Notes under the pieces: generated by a model
What the model saw: only the letters and a program-made list of their open reading frames with translations
The model's database searches: none
Told to the model about the DNA's origin: nothing
Source: Cyanobacteria bacterium J06648_1
GTDB lineage: Bacteria > Cyanobacteriota > Cyanobacteriia > Cyanobacteriales > Xenococcaceae
Length of the DNA stretch: 64,000 nucleotides
NCBI GenBank assembly: GCA_039817275.1
Contig: JBCBWB010000001.1
Location: 25,344 to 89,343 of the forward strand
Direction of reading: 5' to 3'
In this document: in pieces, positions 18,630-28,189 of the stretch
How the letters are laid out: each line of letters opens with the position of its first letter
How positions within the stretch are numbered: position 1 is the stretch's first letter
Made by a program: the position numbers and the translations under genes

Positions 18630-21215
18630 ATGAATCTTAAATTATTACTGCTGATAATACCTGTGACCTACTTGGCACCTGTTTCTGCCGCCCAAGGACA
18701 GGTAGTCGAAGATCAAAGTCTGGGAACCCAAGTGAGGACAGAAAATAACCGTGACTTTCGGGTCAATGGGGGAGAGCTTCGAGGGGGCAATCTGTTTCAT
18801 AGCTTTGAGCAATTTTCCGTCCCCGATGGTGGCTCGGTCTTTTTAAATAATGCCGCGAGTATCGATAACATTATCGGTCGCGTTACGGGGACAGCAATTT
18901 CTGAGATCAACGGTTTGATCCAGAATAACGGTGCTGCCAATCTTTTCTTAATCAATCCCAACGGCATTGTCTTTGGTGCGAATGCGACTCTAGATATCGG
19001 CGGCTCGTTTGTTGGCACTACTGCCGAGAGTCTTATCTTTGAAGACGGTACAGAATTTAGCAGCAATCTGGCTCAAGATTCTGCCCTATTAACCGTCAAT
19101 CTGCCTCTGGGTTTACAGTTTGGCAGTAGTTCTGGCGAGATTATCAACCAAGCCAGTCGATTAATTGCCGATCCTCTCGATCAGACAGGTCAAAATTTAG
19201 TTAGATCGGGTCTAGCGACTAAGAGCGATCGCACTTTGGCTTTATTGGGCAATGGCATTACTTTTGATGGTGGTGTGGCTAACTCAGGCAACCTAGAATT
19301 AGGTAGCGTTGCCCCCAATAGTTTTGTGGGTTTAGAATCCATTGCTCAAGGCTGGAGAGCAAATTATAACGATGTCAATCAGTTCCAAAATATCGAGTTT
19401 ACCAATCTGGCGCTGGCTGATGCTAGTGGGGCTGGCGGGGGGAACATAAATATCGTCGGCAACAATATTCGGCTTTTGGCGGGTTCGGCGATCATCTCCA
19501 ATACATTAGGAAACCTTGATGGCGGCACAATTCAGATTAAAGCCACTGATTTACTGCAAATTGACGGCAGCGACTCTAGCAATACCGAAGTGGATGACCT
19601 AGCCGCTAATTTCACCGAGATTTTTTTACCCGCTGCCAGCCGCATCTCCAGCCGCACAGTAGGTACAGGAAACGGCAGTAATATTAATATTGTTGCGGAC
19701 GAGCTACAAATAAGTGATGGCGGCGCGATTGAACTACAGACATTTTCGACTATAGCTGGCAATGGCGGCGATCTAGCTATTGATGTCAACAATTCAATTG
19801 AATTAAGTGGTAATCGACCACTGTTGGGGTTTAGCGAGAATGCGGTCAATCTTATAGCGCCGGGAATTGACTTGGATACGGCGATCGACCTAAATCAATC
19901 AAGCAAAATAACTATTATCTCCTTGGGTAGCGGTAGTGCTGGCAATGTTAAGGTCATGGCAGCTAATTTAAGCTTAGAAGAGGGGGGACTGATTGCTGTG
20001 AGTCCTTTTGCCAGTGGGGATGGTGGCAACATTGATCTGAACATCGCCGAGTCATTAGAAATTACGGGAATATCTCCGAGAACAGGCAGCGTTAGTAGCC
20101 AAATTACGGCTAGTACCTTAGCCGATGGCGATGCTGGCGATATTAATCTGACAACCGATCTCTTAGCACTAAAAGATGGCGGACTGTTGATCTCGACCAC
20201 GGCTTCGCTAGGTGATTCTGGCAATCTCACCATCAATGCGGCATCGGTTCAAATCAGCGGCATCAGCCGAGCTAATCTTACCCCCAGCCTGATTTCAGCT
20301 CAAACAGACAATGGCGGAGCTGGGGGCAATATCTTGCTCAATACAGATAGTTTAATCGTTAGCGATCGCGCTAGTTTGAGCGTCAGTGGTTCAGGTTCGA
20401 GCATTCCAGGCAACCTAACTGTCAATGCGAAAACGGTTGAGGTGAGAGACTCAGGGATCATTACGGCAACTACACAATTTGAGGCAGGAGGCAATATTGA
20501 ATTAAATGTTCAAGATAATTTAACCTTAAGAAATAACGGTACTATTTCCGCTCAGGCGTTCAATGCGGCTAATGGAGGCAACCTAGAGATTGCTGCCAAT
20601 TTTATCCTGGCATTTCCGCAGCAAAATAACGATATCCTAGCTAATGCGGTCTTTGGTAATGGCGGAAACATAAATATTAATGCCGAAGGTATTCTCGGTA
20701 TCGAAGAAGGAAGCTCTGACCCGCCAAATTTGAGCAATGATATTGATGCTAGCTCTGAGTTTGGGGAGGGAGGAACAGTCAGCCTCGAATTCCCCGATAG
20801 TAGCTCGAACAATACTCTTTTTAGGTCAGACAGCGATTTTGTTGACGTTGCCTATTTGTTTGCCAATACTTTTTGCAAGGTTCGAGGTAATAGTAAATTT
20901 GTGGCGACAGGTCGTAGCGGAATTCCCCTGATTCCTGATGATGCCCTACTTCCTGAACATACGTGGTCAGACTGGCGTATCGTCGAAGACGTAGCAGAAA
21001 CAGAGTCGGGTGAAGAGTTGGCAGAAATTGCCGCCCCAAGGGCAGCTGCCGCACCAGCTAAACTTGCCATGATCCAAGGCTGGATGACCGATGCTCAGGG
21101 CAACGTAATTTTGACCGATAAACCTCTCACGGCAACTGTTCGTCAACCAGCATTAAACAACCCCAACTGTAATGATCTTCAGGATCGGCAGTCTTCAAAA
21201 ATGAGCCATAAATAA
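18630..21215 (+). CDS. two-partner-secretion (TpsA) type filamentous-haemagglutinin N-terminal-domain protein with beta-helical repeats
   Basis: TPS-domain signature NGGELRGGNLFHSFEQFSVPDGGSVFLNN...IIGRVTG...SEINGLI...ANLFLINPNGIVFG. I place the start at ATG 18630, which gives the signal peptide MNLKLLLLIIPVTYLAPVSAAQG. The track's TTG at 18513 adds a non-signal-like 39 aa. Confidence 0.8.
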   Translation: MNLKLLLLIIPVTYLAPVSAAQGQVVEDQSLGTQVRTENNRDFRVNGGELRGGNLFHSFEQFSVPDGGSVFLNNAASIDNIIGRVTGTAISEINGLIQNNGAANLFLINPNGIVFGANATLDIGGSFVGTTAESLIFEDGTEFSSNLAQDSALLTVNLPLGLQFGSSSGEIINQASRLIADPLDQTGQNLVRSGLATKSDRTLALLGNGITFDGGVANSGNLELGSVAPNSFVGLESIAQGWRANYNDVNQFQNIEFTNLALADASGAGGGNINIVGNNIRLLAGSAIISNTLGNLDGGTIQIKATDLLQIDGSDSSNTEVDDLAANFTEIFLPAASRISSRTVGTGNGSNINIVADELQISDGGAIELQTFSTIAGNGGDLAIDVNNSIELSGNRPLLGFSENAVNLIAPGIDLDTAIDLNQSSKITIISLGSGSAGNVKVMAANLSLEEGGLIAVSPFASGDGGNIDLNIAESLEITGISPRTGSVSSQITASTLADGDAGDINLTTDLLALKDGGLLISTTASLGDSGNLTINAASVQISGISRANLTPSLISAQTDNGGAGGNILLNTDSLIVSDRASLSVSGSGSSIPGNLTVNAKTVEVRDSGIITATTQFEAGGNIELNVQDNLTLRNNGTISAQAFNAANGGNLEIAANFILAFPQQNNDILANAVFGNGGNININAEGILGIEEGSSDPPNLSNDIDASSEFGEGGTVSLEFPDSSSNNTLFRSDSDFVDVAYLFANTFCKVRGNSKFVATGRSGIPLIPDDALLPEHTWSDWRIVEDVAETESGEELAEIAAPRAAAAPAKLAMIQGWMTDAQGNVILTDKPLTATVRQPALNNPNCNDLQDRQSSKMSHK

Positions 21216-23917
21216 TGGATATAATTCTTTGCCATCAAACCGCAGACTTTGACGCTTTAGGGTCGGCAATTGGCTTATCTCGACTAAAACAGGGAGCGAA
21301 AATTGTGCTGACAGGAGGCGCCCATCCTGCGGTCAAAAATTTTTTGGCGCTCTACCGAGATGAATTTGACTTTATAGAGCTGCGGAGCATTACCCCAGAA
21401 GCGATCGCCACAATTTATATTGTCGATACCCAAAAAAGCGATCGCCTGGGGGCAGCGGCAGAATGGTTTTCCTTACCAAACATTCAGGAAATTGAGGTGT
21501 ACGATCATCACGTGGATGCTGCTTCAGATATTGCGGTGACAAAAATCCATACCGAAGCGGTTGGTGCAATCACCACCTATATTACTGAATTATTACAAAA
21601 TCAAGATATCAGCCTCACTCCTTTTGAGGCGACAGCGATGGCGTTGGGCATCCATGTCGATACAGGCTCCCTCACCTTCGAGCAAACTACTCCCCGTGAT
21701 GCGAGGGCGATCGCCTGGTTGATGGAGCAGTCGGCAAACCTGAGCATCATTGCCGAATATAACGAACCAGGACTAAATAATCAGCTACAGGAATTATTTA
21801 AAAAAGCGCTTAATAATTTGCAGCGGGTTAAGGTGCAGGGATATACCGTAGCCTCCGTCTTATTGCAAACAGATAAGTTTGTCGGTGGTTTGGCAACCCT
21901 GACTGCCAGATTAATTGACCTGACGGAAAGCGATGTACTCCTGGTGGGTCATCAATATCAGAAAAGTAAGAGCCAAAAACTGGTGGTAATCGGGCGATCG
22001 CGTTTAGCAGCAACTAATCTTAATCAGCTGTTTACGCCTTTTGGTGGTGGGGGACACGCTCAAGCCGCTTCTATGTCTCTGAGTACTGACCAACCCCAAG
22101 AAATTTTTCAGGACTTACTCAGTCAACTAAGCGCTCAGATTCCGCAACCGCCAACGGCAAGAGATTTAATGTCGTCTCCTGTCCGTACAATTCGCCCAGA
22201 AACAACTATCGAACAGGCTCAAAGAACCTTATTTCGCTATGGTCACTCTGGTCTTTCCGTCGTCGATCAAAGCGATCGCCTGGTGGGAATTATTTCCCGC
22301 CGCGACCTAGACCTAGCAATTCATCATGGCTTCGAACATGCTCCCGTCAAGGGCTACATGAGCCGTAACCTCAGAACAATTGTTCCCGATACTCCTTTGC
22401 CCGAAATCCAGTCAATTATGGTGACTTACGACGTAGGCAGACTACCTGTAATTGAGTCAGGAGAGTTAATTGGCATCGTGACGCGAACCGATGTCCTCCG
22501 ACAGCTTCACGATCAAAGCCAGGCTACTCCGAGCGAGGTCAATAACAAAAATTTGACATCTCATCTGCTGCCAACTCTCCAGAACCGACTGGAACCAGCT
22601 ATTTGGCAACTGCTTCAGGAAGTTACCGCCGCGGCTCAACAACGGGGCTGGAATCTATATCTGGTAGGCGGTGGGGTACGAGATGTTCTACTGACCAAAG
22701 ATAGTGAACCTCTATTGCTTCAGGATATCGATCTGGTGGTAGATGGCTATCATCGTTCCCAAGATGACCACGCAGGAGTAGAGCTGGCAGAGGTGATTCA
22801 GCAAATGTATCCCCAGGTAAAAGTCTCAATTCATGGCGAGTTTCAAACCGCCGCCCTCGCCTGGCGTCATGATCCAGTTTTTGGCAGTCTGCTGATGGAT
22901 ATTGCTACTGCTCGTACCGAATTTTATCCCTATCCCGCCGCTAATCCCCAGGTTGAGGCTAGTTCGATTCGTCAAGACCTCTATCGCCGCGATTTTACCA
23001 TCAATGCCCTTGCCGTTAGACTCACTCCTCCCAAAAGAGGTGAATTTTCTCGCAAAGGAGACCTATTAGACTTTTTCGGTGGTTTAATCGACTTGCGATC
23101 GCGTCAGATTCGAGTTTTACATGCCAATAGCTTTATTGAAGACCCAACGAGAATTTTCCGTGCCGTTAGGTTTGCAGTACGCCTGAACTTTCGGATCGAA
23201 TCGCAAACTGAAGCATACATCAACTATGCAATTCAGAGTGGAGTATATGAGCAGCTACGCATCAGCGATCGCCAAACCCCCGCCTTAAGCACTAGACTAA
23301 GAGCCGAATTGAAATATATTTTTCAATCTCGCTATTGGCAGCCAGCCCTTAAATTGTTGGCTCACTTTGATGCTCTGAGCTGTATAGATGGAGATCTCAG
23401 CCTCTCTGGGGAATTAAACCGAGAAATACACTGTGTTTCTAAATGGCTGACCTTACTAGAACCAAAGGTAGACGAACACTGGTTGATTAGGCTAGAAACC
23501 CTAATTGCCTCTTTAGCTCTAGAAATAAGAATAACCGTCGCTAAAAATCTTCAGCTACCCAAAGACAGTCTGCAAAGGTTCCAGCAGCTAGAAACATTAG
23601 AAACTCAGGTAATTACCGCTCTTGATCAGACTAGTTCTCCTAGCCAAATCTATCAGCTACTATCTAACTTTAAATCTTTATCATTAATTATTTTTGCAGC
23701 TAGAAACAATAAGTATCGTCGTTTAGTTTGGCAATATCTCACTGTTTTTTCTCAGGCTAAACCCTTGCTTAATGGCAGCGACTTAAAAACCCTGGGTTTT
23801 AAACCAGGGCCTTTGTATAAACAGATTTTGGATGATGTTTTTGCGGCTACTTTAGATAACCAAATTAGCGCTCATACTCAGGCGATCGAGTATGTGAAAT
23901 CTAAATATCAGGTCTAA
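21215..23917 (+). CDS. DHH/DHHA1-CBS-poly(A) polymerase-family tRNA nucleotidyltransferase (CCA-adding-type) fusion protein
   Basis: N-terminal DHH-like part (HQTADFDALGS...DHH), a tandem CBS pair (MSSPVRTI...GLSVVD...GIISRRDL; MSRNLRTI...LPVIE...GIVTRTDV), then the nucleotidyltransferase head LYLVGGGVRDVLL...DIDLVV...RRDFTINALA. Confidence 0.8.
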   Translation: MDIILCHQTADFDALGSAIGLSRLKQGAKIVLTGGAHPAVKNFLALYRDEFDFIELRSITPEAIATIYIVDTQKSDRLGAAAEWFSLPNIQEIEVYDHHVDAASDIAVTKIHTEAVGAITTYITELLQNQDISLTPFEATAMALGIHVDTGSLTFEQTTPRDARAIAWLMEQSANLSIIAEYNEPGLNNQLQELFKKALNNLQRVKVQGYTVASVLLQTDKFVGGLATLTARLIDLTESDVLLVGHQYQKSKSQKLVVIGRSRLAATNLNQLFTPFGGGGHAQAASMSLSTDQPQEIFQDLLSQLSAQIPQPPTARDLMSSPVRTIRPETTIEQAQRTLFRYGHSGLSVVDQSDRLVGIISRRDLDLAIHHGFEHAPVKGYMSRNLRTIVPDTPLPEIQSIMVTYDVGRLPVIESGELIGIVTRTDVLRQLHDQSQATPSEVNNKNLTSHLLPTLQNRLEPAIWQLLQEVTAAAQQRGWNLYLVGGGVRDVLLTKDSEPLLLQDIDLVVDGYHRSQDDHAGVELAEVIQQMYPQVKVSIHGEFQTAALAWRHDPVFGSLLMDIATARTEFYPYPAANPQVEASSIRQDLYRRDFTINALAVRLTPPKRGEFSRKGDLLDFFGGLIDLRSRQIRVLHANSFIEDPTRIFRAVRFAVRLNFRIESQTEAYINYAIQSGVYEQLRISDRQTPALSTRLRAELKYIFQSRYWQPALKLLAHFDALSCIDGDLSLSGELNREIHCVSKWLTLLEPKVDEHWLIRLETLIASLALEIRITVAKNLQLPKDSLQRFQQLETLETQVITALDQTSSPSQIYQLLSNFKSLSLIIFAARNNKYRRLVWQYLTVFSQAKPLLNGSDLKTLGFKPGPLYKQILDDVFAATLDNQISAHTQAIEYVKSKYQV

Positions 23918-23936
23918 AACATTAAATTAAACAATC

Positions 23937-24371
23937 TCAATCAGCAAAAATGCTAGCGATAGGCAGGCTAGGATTATTATCTACCTTAAAGACAACATCC
24001 TGCATATCAAAAGCAGCACTGTTACTATTAGTCGAACCAAGTTCTACTAGAAATAGTTCTTCGTATTCGTCTAAACCACTAAGTAGAGTTTGTACGGAAT
24101 CTTGTTCATAAACCCCGTCCATATCTGGAAGTACCGCACCAGGCTTTAACGCTGTTTCTGTCGGAGTTGCCAAACTACAGGTAGCATTATTACCAACTGC
24201 TCGATACTCAAAATCCAAATCGTTGACAGAAGCCACATCAATTAAGGTACTGTCATTGAGACTCATGGTTTGCACTAGTTCTTGCTGATGATAGACATCA
24301 ACCTCAATATTTAGTAAGCCAGTATCGGCACTACATTGAATTTGAGATGCTAAAAATAAAAGTTCGATCAT
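23937..24371 (-). CDS. hypothetical protein
   Basis: 144-aa ORF with no convincing domain. The C-terminal AAFDMQDVVFKVD weakly recalls DUF4114-type motifs. The upstream RBS is poor. Confidence 0.35.
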   Translation of the reverse strand: MIELLFLASQIQCSADTGLLNIEVDVYHQQELVQTMSLNDSTLIDVASVNDLDFEYRAVGNNATCSLATPTETALKPGAVLPDMDGVYEQDSVQTLLSGLDEYEELFLVELGSTNSNSAAFDMQDVVFKVDNNPSLPIASIFAD

Positions 24372-24893
24372 AATTAATTAAAGAGGGTAAACGATAAAAT
24401 TCATTTGTTGTAGTTACTATCGCCAAACTCAACTCAAAGAAAATAAAGATTATTCAATGATCAGCAATTTCATTAAGTATTTAGCCGATTACCTTTTTGG
24501 GCAATTGCCATTATGACAGCGACAGCGTTTAAGTTAGTTACTATAATCACCTACCTTATTTAATATTGGGTGAATTTCTAGTGAATTATCAGCATAATTA
24601 ATTAAAGCTTAGATGAACTTATGGTTGTTTTTCGCTAATAAAGTCTTTTATCATACTCAAAAAATAAGTAGACATATGTATATTTACAAAATAGAATTAT
24701 GCTCAATAATCTTGTCTCTGCCGATGCTCATATTTCATAATCTAAGAATAGACGATGTTTAATATTAGTAATGTAATTATCGGCAAATGATAGTATATTT
24801 TTATTGTCTGGAAAATAACTATGATTTATTAATTCATAACCTCGGTTTCTTAGAGATAGAAAAAAGCCGAGTAAAAACAGTCAAATAATAAGT

Positions 24894-25757
24894 GTGACAG
24901 AGAAAATGTGGCAAAAATTCAGCGCAGTTGGCTTAGGAGTTACGATAACTTTATATCTTACTATTTGTTTATTGCTGCGTTTTAGGCAAACCAAATTAAT
25001 CTTTCTCCCAGACAGCCAAATAAAATCTACACCCCAAGAATACGGCTTGGCTTATCAAGACGTTTGGCTTAAATTAGGGCAAGATCTGGTTCATGGGTGG
25101 TGGATTCCTGCGGCACAGGCTAAAGCTCCTGCCCTGCTGTATTTTCATGGTAACGGTAGTAATAATGGTGATCTGACAGAAATTGCGGCGATCTTTCATC
25201 AGCTGGGTGTCTCTGTACTGTTGATCGACTATCGAGGTTATGGTAAGAGCAGTCCTGTATTTCCCAATGAAACTAGGGTGTATGAAGATGCCGAAGCAGC
25301 GTGGCAATATCTAATTCAAGAGCAGCAAATTGAGCCGCAGCAAATCCTGGTCTATGGGCATTCCTTAGGGGGAGCGATCGCTATTGAACTAGCCACCAAA
25401 CATCCTGATATGGCTGGTTTAATTACCGAAGGAACTTTTACCTCAATTGAAAATATGGCTGGTTTGATGCCAGGAATCAAGCTGTTTCCTCTGGGCTTAC
25501 TGGTAAATCAACGTTTTGACTCTATCACTAAAATTAAGTCTCTAGAAACCCCGATCTTGATTCTCCACGGCACAGCCGATGAGGTTATTCCCCTATTTAT
25601 GTCCGACGAACTTTTTGCCGCCGCACCAGAACCCAAGCACCTAGAAATCTTTCCCGAGGCAGGACATAACAATCTACCTGAGTTTGATCAGGAAAAATTT
25701 TTACTAACTCTACAGCAGTTTATCAATTCAGTAATCAGTAATCAACGCTTAATGTGA
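24894..25757 (+). CDS. alpha/beta hydrolase (BEM46/S9-like)
   Basis: N-terminal TM segment, HGNGSN oxyanion-region motif, nucleophile elbow GHSLGG, LHGTADEVIP and a late GHNN histidine. The real start may be ATG 24906. Confidence 0.75.
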   Translation: MTEKMWQKFSAVGLGVTITLYLTICLLLRFRQTKLIFLPDSQIKSTPQEYGLAYQDVWLKLGQDLVHGWWIPAAQAKAPALLYFHGNGSNNGDLTEIAAIFHQLGVSVLLIDYRGYGKSSPVFPNETRVYEDAEAAWQYLIQEQQIEPQQILVYGHSLGGAIAIELATKHPDMAGLITEGTFTSIENMAGLMPGIKLFPLGLLVNQRFDSITKIKSLETPILILHGTADEVIPLFMSDELFAAAPEPKHLEIFPEAGHNNLPEFDQEKFLLTLQQFINSVISNQRLM

Positions 25758-25924
25758 ATTAGCTTTATAATATGAATCTTAAAAATCCTCACCATTCATG
25801 AAGTGTTGTGATGCCCGCCAATGTAGCCCAGTATATTAAGGCTTGGCTTTTATGTCAGTATCTAAAAACCAGTTTCAACTGTTTAATTTATTGAGCCGAT
25901 AAGTAAGACTCTTGTACGGGAGGA

Positions 25925-26291
25925 GTATCCTAAAGGATACCGCTTCGCATATGAGGAAGTCGTAACGTCCTCATCAGGCGAGCGACCCACAGAGCCGCGG
26001 GCGCATTCGCGCCCAGTGCCAGCGAAGCTGGTCAGATGCTTCGCATCGCGCTCAAAGTTGCTTCGCAACGCTGGCGCAATGCGCCGTTCGCGCGGAAGCG
26101 AAGCTTCCTAGTCGTGCGAGGCCTCTGGCTTCTAGCCCGCCAGGGCGGACTGCCCCGAAGGGGCTACGACGACGATCTGCCGCATAACAAAGGCTTCGCC
26201 TTAGAGCCTCTTTTAGAGGCGATGGTGCAACGCACCGTGCTGCGGCGCAAGGGAATGCGCGAGATTGGGGGTTGGGGGAAAGTTCCCCCAA
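25925..26291. repeat. GC-rich island of at least 14 concatenated mini-hairpins (mosaic of small dispersed modules)
   Basis: Perfect short stems at 25925-40, 25951-74, 25999-26014, 26019-31, 26035-47, 26057-69, 26073-85, 26094-108, 26152-64, 26190-202, 26206-20, 26224-36, 26245-60 and 26272-91. GCGAAGC/GCTTCGC occurs six times. Individual modules recur at 42.9, 46.3 and 47.2 kb. Confidence 0.8.
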
Positions 26292-26385
26292 TACAGATCT
26301 TATCTTTAAAGATAACTTCTATAGGGCAGAAAAAGATGCCAAGTCTTTTATCTAATTCGCATTAGACGTAATCAGTCATCATCAA

Positions 26386-26625
26386 TCACCAAGTTGGATC
26401 TTCATAAAGATTAATCGTCAATTCAGCTTGATCTCCTGGGATAGAGCTGATACAGGCACAGACAGCATCACCATTGCCTAGCTCTACTTCACAGGCATGA
26501 CAAGAACCCATTAAACAGCCAGTAGCGATCGCCACTCCTGCCCTATTTGCTACCTCTAGCATCGGCTCTCCTGGTTCTGCTGTCACGATAATATTATCTG
26601 GTAAAAAGCAAACCTTAACACTCAT
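26386..26625 (-). CDS. small plant-type [2Fe-2S] ferredoxin-like protein
   Basis: 79 aa with a C-x4-C-x2-C motif (GCLMGSCHAC) and a later CAC cysteine. It lies immediately downstream of cobQ on the same strand. Confidence 0.7.
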   Translation of the reverse strand: MSVKVCFLPDNIIVTAEPGEPMLEVANRAGVAIATGCLMGSCHACEVELGNGDAVCACISSIPGDQAELTINLYEDPTW

Positions 26626-26645
26626 ATACTCTGGTAGTTTGATCG

Positions 26646-28136
26646 TTAATAATAGCTAGATAAAAATTCGGTTAGGTCGAGGTTTTTTTCGACTAAATCT
26701 GCCAGATTATTGAGAGTTGTTTCTCTTTGATCGCGGTAATTAGAAATTCCTGTTGCTAAAGATGACATTCCCCGCTGCTTCCGCAGTTGATTGATCCAAG
26801 ATCGCCGCCAAGCACCGTTATCAAACAAACCATGAACATAACAACCCCAAATAGATTGGCTTTTATCTACTAGCCCTAATCCTGGATCGTCAAAGATAGG
26901 CTGATATTCGTCTGCGCCTTCTCGCAAACGGCGACTAATACGACTACGTCCCTGATGGATCTCATAACCGTCTACAGGTAATCCAGGTTGCGGAAACTGA
27001 GAAATTACCTGTCTTTGGCGGGCAACCTTATTGGGCGACAAAATTGTTGTGATCGGAAGCAGGTTTAAACCGTTAAATTCTCCCGCTTCGCCTTCAGATC
27101 CCTCTGGATCGATAATCCGCTGACCTAGAATTTGGAATCCGCCACAGATACCCAAAACTGTTCCCCCTGCTGCGGCATAGTTTCTGATCTGCTCTGCCAT
27201 ACCGCTTCTTTCCATGGCTAATAGATCGGGAATGGTAGTTTTGGTTCCAGGAATAATTACCGCGTCGGGATGTCCCAGAGAATCTTGAATATCGACATAG
27301 TTTACGCCGACGCTAGATTCAGCTTCTAAAGGATCAAAATCAGTAAAGTTAGCAATTCTTGGTAATCGGATGACGCTAATGTTGAGATCCTGACTGCTAC
27401 GACGACGATTTCTTTCTAGCAAGTCGAGAGAATCTTCTGCGGGAAATGGCTGATTGCTCCAGGGAATTACCCCTAGTACAGGTACTTTAGTCTTTTCTTC
27501 TAACCACTTGATGCCTGAGTCTAGCAGCTCTTTTTGTCCACGAAATTTATTAATCACGATTCCTTTAACCAGCGATCGCTCTTGCGGATCGAGTAGTTCT
27601 AAGGTTCCTACGACGTGGGCAAAGGCACCGCCTCGTTCAATATCAACGACCAAAATTGTGGGTGCGTTTAGATGTTTTGCCACTCGCATGTTAGTCAAGT
27701 CGCGGTGCTTGAGATTGATTTCCGCAGGGCTTCCTGCTCCTTCACAGACTACCAGATCGAATTCTAAAGAAAGACGATATAAGGATTCTTGGACTACTTC
27801 CCAGCCCATGTCAAAATATTTTTCGTAGTATTCTGTTGCCTTGACTGTACCTGCTGGTTTACCCTTGATAATGATCTGAGAGGTCATATTACCCTGGGGC
27901 TTGAGCAGAATGGGATTCATTTCTACTCTCGGAGCAACTCCCGCCGCCCACGCTTGAACCGCCTGAGCGTGACCAATTTCTCCCCCAGTTGAAGTAACGT
28001 AAGCATTGAGCGCCATATTTTGTCCTTTAAAGGGAGTAACACGCCAACCATGTCTGGCTAAAATGCGGCAAAGCGCAGCAGTCAGAAAAGATTTTCCTGC
28101 ATGAGATGTTGTTCCGACCACCATAATCGCTTTCAT
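26646..28136 (-). CDS. cobQ: cobyric acid synthase
   Basis: MVVGTTSHAGKSFLTAALCR P-loop-like N-terminus and a C-terminal GATase-1 domain (GICGGFQILG...YEIHQG). Confidence 0.9.
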   Translation of the reverse strand: MKAIMVVGTTSHAGKSFLTAALCRILARHGWRVTPFKGQNMALNAYVTSTGGEIGHAQAVQAWAAGVAPRVEMNPILLKPQGNMTSQIIIKGKPAGTVKATEYYEKYFDMGWEVVQESLYRLSLEFDLVVCEGAGSPAEINLKHRDLTNMRVAKHLNAPTILVVDIERGGAFAHVVGTLELLDPQERSLVKGIVINKFRGQKELLDSGIKWLEEKTKVPVLGVIPWSNQPFPAEDSLDLLERNRRRSSQDLNISVIRLPRIANFTDFDPLEAESSVGVNYVDIQDSLGHPDAVIIPGTKTTIPDLLAMERSGMAEQIRNYAAAGGTVLGICGGFQILGQRIIDPEGSEGEAGEFNGLNLLPITTILSPNKVARQRQVISQFPQPGLPVDGYEIHQGRSRISRRLREGADEYQPIFDDPGLGLVDKSQSIWGCYVHGLFDNGAWRRSWINQLRKQRGMSSLATGISNYRDQRETTLNNLADLVEKNLDLTEFLSSYY

Positions 28137-28189
28137 CGATTGCTCCTGTGCTGAGATATATACACTGTTATAGCAAGCAGTTAACTACT

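Noticed and set aside
19532-20236. Antisense ORFs of 105 and 113 aa, plus others at 18797, 20300, 20552 and 20821, inside the TpsA-like gene.
   Set aside because: These are typical shadow ORFs opposite a repetitive Gly/Asn/Ser-rich coding strand, with low-complexity Pro/Ser/Leu translations and no independent signals.
25880-26300. Possibility that the island is a known structured RNA (tmRNA, RNase P RNA, SRP RNA, 6S). The ORF fragment NAPFARK superficially recalled a tmRNA tag.
   Set aside because: There is no tRNA-like acceptor/T-arm (GGTTCGAATCC...CCA) on either strand. There are no RNase P P4-type conserved blocks and no SRP domain IV motif. The modules also recur piecemeal at other loci, which fits repeats better than a single RNA gene.
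25883-26365. Three track ORFs (25883-26068 minus, 26036-26365 plus, 26052-26291 minus) inside the GC-rich island.
   Set aside because: They overlap one another on both strands and lie wholly within the chain of mini-hairpins. Their translations are Arg/Ala/Gly/Pro-rich, as expected from GC-rich non-coding DNA. None has a ribosome-binding site or a recognisable domain.
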